NCBI GenBank assembly: GCA_017860345.1
Contig: JAFNAV010000003.1
Coordinates: forward strand, 46,106-110,105
DNA from: Bacteroidota bacterium
GTDB taxonomy: Bacteria; Bacteroidota; Bacteroidia; Bacteroidales; Paludibacteraceae
Reading direction: 5' to 3'
DNA: 64,000 nt
Of this stretch, positions 57,941 through 64,000 are shown piece after piece. The position numbers and the translations under genes were made by a program. Below the pieces are notes generated by a model. That model worked only from the letters and a program-made list of their open reading frames with translations. It searched no databases and was not told the DNA's origin. Every line of letters starts with the position of its first letter. Positions within the stretch are counted from its first letter, which is position 1.

Positions 57941-59845
57941 TTATGATAAAGCTTCGATATTCTCCTGACTGATAATATCTTTTCCGCCGGGCTCGTAAAG
58001 CTTGTTAATGCGATCGGCATAGCGCTCTTCAACTTTTCCTCGCATAATTTTCATAGTGCTGTTTACCAGTCCATTTTGCTGACTGAATGCTTCGCCAATT
58101 ACGGCTACTGCAGCCGGTAGCCAACGTTCGGGGAACATGCCTTCGTATTTTCCTCCTTTACGGTATTCGTTGAGTTCGCGCTGTAATTTGTCCAGAGCTG
58201 TTTTTTTAGCTTCAGGAGTATTCCAGTCTGCGCTGCTTTTTTTACGTATCAGGTAGCGTTTAAGGGCATCTTTGTTTGGCACTATAAGCGCTACGGTATA
58301 GGGATTTTGGTTGTTGTGAAGAATCACCTGGTCGATAAAATGCGAATTGTCGGCCAATGCTTCTTCAATACCTTCGGGGCTGTATTTTTCGCCATCGCTG
58401 GAGATGAGCAAGCTTTTGAAGCGTCCTACCACATGTAAAAATCCATCATTATCCATAAATCCCATGTCGCCGGTATGCAGCCATCCGTTTTTGATAGTTT
58501 CGAGCGTTGCTTTTTCGTTGCGATAGTATCCGGCCATCACATTTTCACCTTTTATCACAATTTCCCCTTTTTCAAAATCAGGCAGTTTATTGCCGTCGGC
58601 ATCGCATATTTTGAGTTCCATGGGTGTAACCAGATAGCCCGAAGAACCCAGTTTGTGGCGTTTCTGGGAATTGGACGAGATAATGGGCGTAGCTTCACTC
58701 AGTCCGTATCCCTGATACATAGGTATTCCTATGGCATAGTAAAATCTTTGCAAATCGGTATCGAGCAGAGCACCACCACCAATAAAAAACTTAAGTTTTC
58801 CACCAAATCCTTCTCTTATTTTTGTAAAGAGAATTTTATCAAACAAAGCCAGCAGGGGTTTTTTCAGAATCTGTAATCCTTTCGCCTTGTTATATCCTTC
58901 TTTGTTGTAAGAATAAGCCATATTTAAGGCGAAGTGGAATAGCTGGTTAAAAACTGGTCCTTTGGCTCTGATGCTGGCTTCGATGTTTTTTCTGAAGCTT
59001 TTGGCTAAAGCCGGAACACTCAAAAGCAAGTCTGGCTGCAACTCTTTTATATTGACAGGGATATTCTTTAAAGTTTCCATGCCGGTTTTCCCGGTTTGTA
59101 CGGTACCTACGCTGGCGCCCGAAGCCATAAAGCTATAAAAGCCCGCTACGTGGGCAAAGCAGTGGTCGAGTGGCAGAATAATCAGTGTGCGAAAAGATGT
59201 AGGTATGGTCATCAGGGTAAGCGCCTGCTCTACATTGGCCGTATAGTTGCGGTGTGTAAGCATGATTCCTTTGGGGTCGGCGGTGGTGCCTGATGTATAG
59301 CTGATATTGGCCATGTCGTCGGCCTTTACCTTCGATGCCACCTTGTTAACTATATCGGGGTCTTTAGCCAGGAGGTCTTTTCCCCAGGCAATTATTTGTT
59401 CAAGGGTAAGTTCTTTTCCCAGATAGTCGGGCTGTTTATCAAAAACAATGACATGTTCTACCTGATCCAGTTCATTGATAATGTTGCGGATTTTTTTTAG
59501 CTGTCCGCCCGATACAAATATATATTTAGCTTCCGAATGTTTTATTCTGAAAATAAGGTCGTTGCTTTCTTCAAGTTTGATAGATAGGGGAACATTGACA
59601 GCTCCGGTGTGTAATATTCCTAATTCTCCGATAATCCACGCGTTTCGTCCTTCCGAAAGTAACGCAACTTTATCTCCCGGAACCACACCCAGCTTAATAA
59701 GTCCGGCAGCCACTTCATGGGCTTGTGTTTTGGTTTCCTGGTAAGTAGTAGGAGTGAATTCATTGCTGGTTTTTTCCCATAAAAAAGGATTGTCAGCATA
59801 CTGGCTGACACTTTGATTGAGTAAATCAATAATTGTAGGTTTCAT
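57941..59845 (-). CDS. fadD: Long-chain fatty-acid--CoA ligase (AMP-binding)
   Basis: SYTSGTTADPKG, LPLDHCF, GYGLSE, GWLHTGD and GRFKSL. Confidence 0.92.
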   Translation of the reverse strand: MKPTIIDLLNQSVSQYADNPFLWEKTSNEFTPTTYQETKTQAHEVAAGLIKLGVVPGDKVALLSEGRNAWIIGELGILHTGAVNVPLSIKLEESNDLIFRIKHSEAKYIFVSGGQLKKIRNIINELDQVEHVIVFDKQPDYLGKELTLEQIIAWGKDLLAKDPDIVNKVASKVKADDMANISYTSGTTADPKGIMLTHRNYTANVEQALTLMTIPTSFRTLIILPLDHCFAHVAGFYSFMASGASVGTVQTGKTGMETLKNIPVNIKELQPDLLLSVPALAKSFRKNIEASIRAKGPVFNQLFHFALNMAYSYNKEGYNKAKGLQILKKPLLALFDKILFTKIREGFGGKLKFFIGGGALLDTDLQRFYYAIGIPMYQGYGLSEATPIISSNSQKRHKLGSSGYLVTPMELKICDADGNKLPDFEKGEIVIKGENVMAGYYRNEKATLETIKNGWLHTGDMGFMDNDGFLHVVGRFKSLLISSDGEKYSPEGIEEALADNSHFIDQVILHNNQNPYTVALIVPNKDALKRYLIRKKSSADWNTPEAKKTALDKLQRELNEYRKGGKYEGMFPERWLPAAVAVIGEAFSQQNGLVNSTMKIMRGKVEERYADRINKLYEPGGKDIISQENIEALS

Positions 59846-59877
59846 GCGTTTCTTTTTATTTTTTAATTAGTTGTCGC

Positions 59878-59919
59878 ATGGAACTCGCATCCCGAATGCT
59901 TTCGGGATGCGAGTTCCAT
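59878..59919. repeat. Perfect 19-bp inverted repeat (REP-like) upstream of fadD
   Basis: atggaactcgcatcccgaa-tgct-ttcgggatgcgagttccat. Confidence 0.8.
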
Positions 59920-60064
59920 AATATTATTCTTAATAGCAAAAAGCCTGTAAAGATAAAAATTTTTTTAAAACAACCATCTGTCTTTTATTGAGCCGTATGT
60001 TTGCAAATAGCAAGTGCCTGCTGTATGGCAGGCACTTACCGGGTATTCGTTTGAATTTTTTATC

Positions 60065-61438
60065 TTACTTACTGTCGTTGAAGAAGAAATCGCAACGACG
60101 GTTGAGTCTGTATCTGTATGGTGAGTTGGGCATTACACCTTTACCATTAGCAATAATACGTTCCGGCCTTATGCTCCATACTCTAACCAGCTCTGCTTTT
60201 ACTTTGTCGGCTCTGGATTGGCTTAAGCGTAAGTTGTAACTTTCGTCGCCGGCCCGGTCGCAATAACCTCTGATTTCTACAATCAGGTCGGGGTTGTTGC
60301 CCATCCTGCGTGCTACATCTGCTATGGCCACTTTAGCTACATTATCGAGATCAATTCTGTCAAAATCAAAGTAAACACCACCTTTGGCATCAGTGTCAAA
60401 TACAATTTTACCATTTTTGGATGATGAATACAGGGATGTGTTTGTGCCCGATGAGCCGGATTTTGACCTTCCGTAGAAATCTACAGCCACGCCTGCCGGA
60501 GTGTTGGGTTCCAGGTCTCTTTCGTCAATAATACCATCGTTGTCGGAGTCCGGGCCTACGTTGGCTATCCATCGTTCTAATTTTTCTATGCGTGGAATAA
60601 GGCTGCTTACGCGACTATCCAGATCATCCACTCTTTTGTCGATATCCTTAACCTTATTCTTGAGATTTTCAATTTCTTCTTTATTCTGTTGTGCCAACTC
60701 CAGTCCTTCGTCCGGTTCGTAGTCTTTTATACGTATGTTGCGGAGATGATCGGTCGATTTTGCCTTGAATTTATATCGCATGTAAATGGATAGCGCAGCA
60801 ATATAGTCGTTGGATACACCATGCCATTGCAGGTTTTGCACACCTTCAACATTATCTTTATTCAAAGCTCTGTAATGAAGCTTAAGTCCCAGTGCAAGTG
60901 GCAGATTAAAATTATATTCTGCATAAAAAGTAACGGGGAATGTAGCCGATTGGAATACATTTTTGCCACTACTGTTGAGCAGAACATCGCTGGGAGGTAA
61001 TCCTGTTGCAGGGTCAATAGGTTCCGGTGTGTATCTGGCATATCCAACTCCAAGCGAGCCGTTTAAGCTTAATACGTTGCCTGTTTGCGGGAAAATCCAG
61101 CGGGTAAAGTTGATAGTGGCACTGAGGCTTGTGGTGTAAAGCCTCGACGAAACTGTTAATGTGGAGTTTTTCCCTTTTAGGGGAAAGTAATAATAATCAA
61201 GCATGAGTCCCCAGGTAGGAGTCAGATTATACTCAAGTGTGCTACCGTAAGTTATTTCTCTTGTCGACGCTGGCAAAAGAGCCGTTGTCTCCTGATTAAT
61301 ATCACCGTCGAAATAGTTGTATCCGTATTCAGCTGTAAAAGACCATCGGCTAAAAGTTTTAGCCTCTTGCGAAAAAAGGCCTACTGACATGATAACAGAT
61401 ACCAAAGATAAAGAAAGTAAAGTAAAGAGTTTTCTCAT
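60065..61438 (-). CDS. OmpA-family outer membrane protein (beta-barrel, coiled coil, TSP3 repeat, OmpA_C)
   Basis: Signal peptide; amphipathic beta strands; DSDNDGIIDERD; VYFDFD, GYCDRAGDESYNLRLSQSRA and NRRCD. Confidence 0.92.
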   Translation of the reverse strand: MRKLFTLLSLSLVSVIMSVGLFSQEAKTFSRWSFTAEYGYNYFDGDINQETTALLPASTREITYGSTLEYNLTPTWGLMLDYYYFPLKGKNSTLTVSSRLYTTSLSATINFTRWIFPQTGNVLSLNGSLGVGYARYTPEPIDPATGLPPSDVLLNSSGKNVFQSATFPVTFYAEYNFNLPLALGLKLHYRALNKDNVEGVQNLQWHGVSNDYIAALSIYMRYKFKAKSTDHLRNIRIKDYEPDEGLELAQQNKEEIENLKNKVKDIDKRVDDLDSRVSSLIPRIEKLERWIANVGPDSDNDGIIDERDLEPNTPAGVAVDFYGRSKSGSSGTNTSLYSSSKNGKIVFDTDAKGGVYFDFDRIDLDNVAKVAIADVARRMGNNPDLIVEIRGYCDRAGDESYNLRLSQSRADKVKAELVRVWSIRPERIIANGKGVMPNSPYRYRLNRRCDFFFNDSK

Positions 61439-61890
61439 ATTGCCCGGTGCTATAATCCTAAATTCGGACTGATATTACAGGTACTTTTACCTTAATATAT
61501 AATATGCGTGCAAAGTTAATAGAATTTTTAATGTAATTCAATAAAAATGTAATAAAATGCAATAAATAGGGTGATATTTTAATTAAAAAATGTAAAAATG
61601 AGTTAAATTTAAGAGGCTAAACTTGAAAAAGCTTGAATTTTTTCCATAAATTACAATTTTGTGTTCATCTCAAAGAAAACTAATATATGTTTTAAACACT
61701 GGTAGTTTTGGTGCTTAAACACATTTTTTTTAGTTCAGGTGATGGGTTAGTTGCCTGCTTACTTATAATTTAAAAGCAATATTTGCGAACTCTGAATATT
61801 CTTCCTTTGATTAAAATCCATATCTTTTTAAGTTTCCGTCAATGACGAAAAAAGCCTTAAAGGATATACCCTGTTTGTTTCGTGTTGAAA

Positions 61891-63000
61891 CTATCTGGTC
61901 ATTTCAACTTTGGTAGTGGGGTCAAAGTTTTGATTGCGATAATCAATCTTTTCAATTACTTTCAGAGCCAGCTCATTAAATTGCATTCCGCTCAAACTGT
62001 TTTCGTCGCAGGCAGCAGGATGTCCGGCATCGCCATTTTCGCGAATGCTTTGCACCAGTGGAATCTGCATAAGAAGTGGTACGTTTAGTTCTTCGGCCAA
62101 GCGTTTGCCTCCATCTTTACCGAAGATATAATACTTGTTTTCGGGTAATTCGGCGGGCGTAAACCAGGCCATATTTTCAACAAGTCCTAAAACGGGGACA
62201 TTGACCTTATCGCCTGTAAACATATTGATACCTTTGCGGGCATCGGCAAGGGCTACATCCTGCGGAGTGGTTACCACGATAGCTCCTGTAATACCAAGTG
62301 TTTGAACCAGTGTGAGTTGTATGTCGCCGGTGCCGGGTGGCAAATCCATTACGAAATAATCCAATTCACCCCAATGGGCATCCGTAATCAGTTGTTTCAG
62401 CGCATTGCTGGCCATGCTTCCTCTCCACACCAGTGCATTCTCGGGATCTACAAAAAAGCCGATTGACAATAGTTTTACGCCGTATTTTTCAATAGGCATA
62501 ATCATTTGTTTGCCATCAAACTCTGTCATTACCGGACGTGCATCTTCCACACCGAACATTTTTGGCATCGATGGACCGTGTATATCAGCATCCAATAACC
62601 CTACTTTATAACCAAGTTTGGCAAGCGAAATTGCCAGATTGGACGAAATAGTGGATTTACCTACACCGCCTTTGCCCGAAAATACGGCAATAATATTTTT
62701 TACATCCGGCAGTACGGGGTTAGCTTTGGGCTTTGGAGCTTCTTTGGTTTCAATCCCGATATTGCCTTTGATGTCAATATCTTCGCCTATGTAGGTGAGT
62801 ATGGCTTGTTCGGCAGCTTTTACTACCGATTTGCTAAAAGGGTCGTTTACTTTATCAAAAATGATGGAAAAACTGATTTTATTTCCATCAATACGGATAT
62901 TGTCTTGTATCATGCCCGACGACACGATGTCTTTTCCGGTTCCCGGGTAGCGTACATGTACAAGCGCATCAAGTACAAGTTGCGGATATAATGTTGTCAT
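61891..63000 (-). CDS. mrp: Mrp/ApbC Fe-S cluster carrier ATPase
   Basis: SGKGGVGKST, DADIHGPS, WRG, DLPPGTGD, TTPQ and VENM. Confidence 0.95.
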   Translation of the reverse strand: MTTLYPQLVLDALVHVRYPGTGKDIVSSGMIQDNIRIDGNKISFSIIFDKVNDPFSKSVVKAAEQAILTYIGEDIDIKGNIGIETKEAPKPKANPVLPDVKNIIAVFSGKGGVGKSTISSNLAISLAKLGYKVGLLDADIHGPSMPKMFGVEDARPVMTEFDGKQMIMPIEKYGVKLLSIGFFVDPENALVWRGSMASNALKQLITDAHWGELDYFVMDLPPGTGDIQLTLVQTLGITGAIVVTTPQDVALADARKGINMFTGDKVNVPVLGLVENMAWFTPAELPENKYYIFGKDGGKRLAEELNVPLLMQIPLVQSIRENGDAGHPAACDENSLSGMQFNELALKVIEKIDYRNQNFDPTTKVEMTR

Positions 63001-63099
63001 TTTTCTTGTTGCGTTGTTTTCAGTGCAATACTGAAAAGTTTTGGTGATAATATTGATTTAATATACCTTTGATGTAGAACATCTCCGGTATAAAAAAGT

Positions 63100-63876
63100 T
63101 TACATTTTTCTTTCAGATTCCTCAGGCATATGGTGTTGCTGGCTGCGGCCGAAGCTTCGGTACGAATCGTATTCTATTTCCACATCCGGCTCTGTAAAAG
63201 AGCTTCTGTATTCGGATACAAACCGGATATATTTGATAGTCAGTCCTCGATCGAGCCATTGTTGTTCGTAGTAGGTTTTAATTCCCAGAATTGGGTCGGT
63301 TAGCCCCGAAGAATACAAATTGTCGGTCATAAACTGCACAGGGAATTGATTGGCTTTAACCATTTCGCAGGTGTAGGTAAACATAAAGTTGCTATCGGTT
63401 TTCAGATGTATAAGCCCTTCGTTTTTAAGGAATTTCTGATACGATAGTATGAAATTGGTAGCAGTGAGGCGCTTTGTTACTTTTTTCATCTGCGGGTCAG
63501 GAAAAGTAATCCATATTTCGCTTACTTCGCCGGCCGCAAAAAAGTGATGTATCATTTCGATATTGGTACGCAGGAAAGCAACATTGGTCATGCCAGATAG
63601 TTGCGATTCGCGGGCGCCGGTCCACATGCGGGCTCCCTTAATATCTACCCCTATAAAGTTTTTGTCGGTAAACTGCTTGCCGAGTCCTACCGTATATTCG
63701 CCCTTGCCACAGCCCAGTTCAAGTACAATGGGGTTGTTGTTTTTGAAGAAAATTTCGTTCCATTTCCCTTTCAGATTAAAGTCGCTATCGCCTGCGCGAA
63801 GTTCGCGCGAAGGTACCTGAAATACATGCGGAAACGTTTCCATTTCGGCAAATTTTGCCAGTTTATTTTTACCCAC
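63100..63876 (-). CDS. trmB: tRNA (guanine-N7)-methyltransferase; GTG start
   Basis: [29 protein letters not shown] and KTYYE. Confidence 0.96.
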   Translation of the reverse strand: MGKNKLAKFAEMETFPHVFQVPSRELRAGDSDFNLKGKWNEIFFKNNNPIVLELGCGKGEYTVGLGKQFTDKNFIGVDIKGARMWTGARESQLSGMTNVAFLRTNIEMIHHFFAAGEVSEIWITFPDPQMKKVTKRLTATNFILSYQKFLKNEGLIHLKTDSNFMFTYTCEMVKANQFPVQFMTDNLYSSGLTDPILGIKTYYEQQWLDRGLTIKYIRFVSEYRSSFTEPDVEIEYDSYRSFGRSQQHHMPEESERKM

Positions 63877-63913
63877 TTTGGATTTATCGGTTTTGCTTTA
63901 TCGGTGTTAATAA

Positions 63914-64000
63914 TTAGTTTTTCTCTACTCTTAAGCCCACATCGTTTATTCCGGGCAACAAATCATCGCGCATTCCGTGCTTAACCTCAAAACGATACTT
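63914..64000 (-). CDS. gldH: C-terminal fragment of a probable gliding-motility lipoprotein GldH
   Basis: Manual translation ...KYRFEVKHGMRDDLLPGINDVGLRVEKN* resembles the GldH C-terminal pattern (Y.F...MR...L.GI.DVG..IE). Only 28 aa are visible. Confidence 0.65.
   Translation of the reverse strand, partial: KYRFEVKHGMRDDLLPGINDVGLRVEKN

Overview
This is a gene-dense chromosomal window from a Bacteroidetes bacterium, inferred to be Bacteroidales and Paludibacter-like from the TAnnTTTG promoters, T9SS cargo, GldH and E-C-A-B-D-I-K V-ATPase. Bases 1-21.9 kb hold a Wzx/Wzy-dependent exopolysaccharide/capsule locus arranged as two back-to-back divergons (microproteins+gmd <> wecG; wza-wzc-...-GT4 <> wcaJ). 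The remainder carries a BlaI/M56-TonB signalling pair, housekeeping genes, a probably Na+-coupled V-type ATPase operon and envelope/lipid genes. No rRNA, tRNA, CRISPR array or mobile element was recognised. Top observations: (1) a 14-bp box, GTCCNCAAWWTGTC, sits 34-35 nt upstream of the -7 element of all four polysaccharide promoters, suggesting an activator regulon whose regulator is not in the window; (2) three polysaccharide pyruvyltransferases occur with a divergent MurB paralogue and a nitroreductase, suggesting a MurA/MurB-like route to lactyl (1-carboxyethyl) ethers on a surface glycan; (3) BlaI is paired with an M56-TonB-plug fusion and a tandem palindromic operator; (4) the POT peptide transporter has an attenuator-like leader; (5) four apparent short internal deletions (dxr, rseP, TPR protein, M16 protease) could be assembly artefacts or real lesions. 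All family assignments come from motifs read by eye; no database searches were run.
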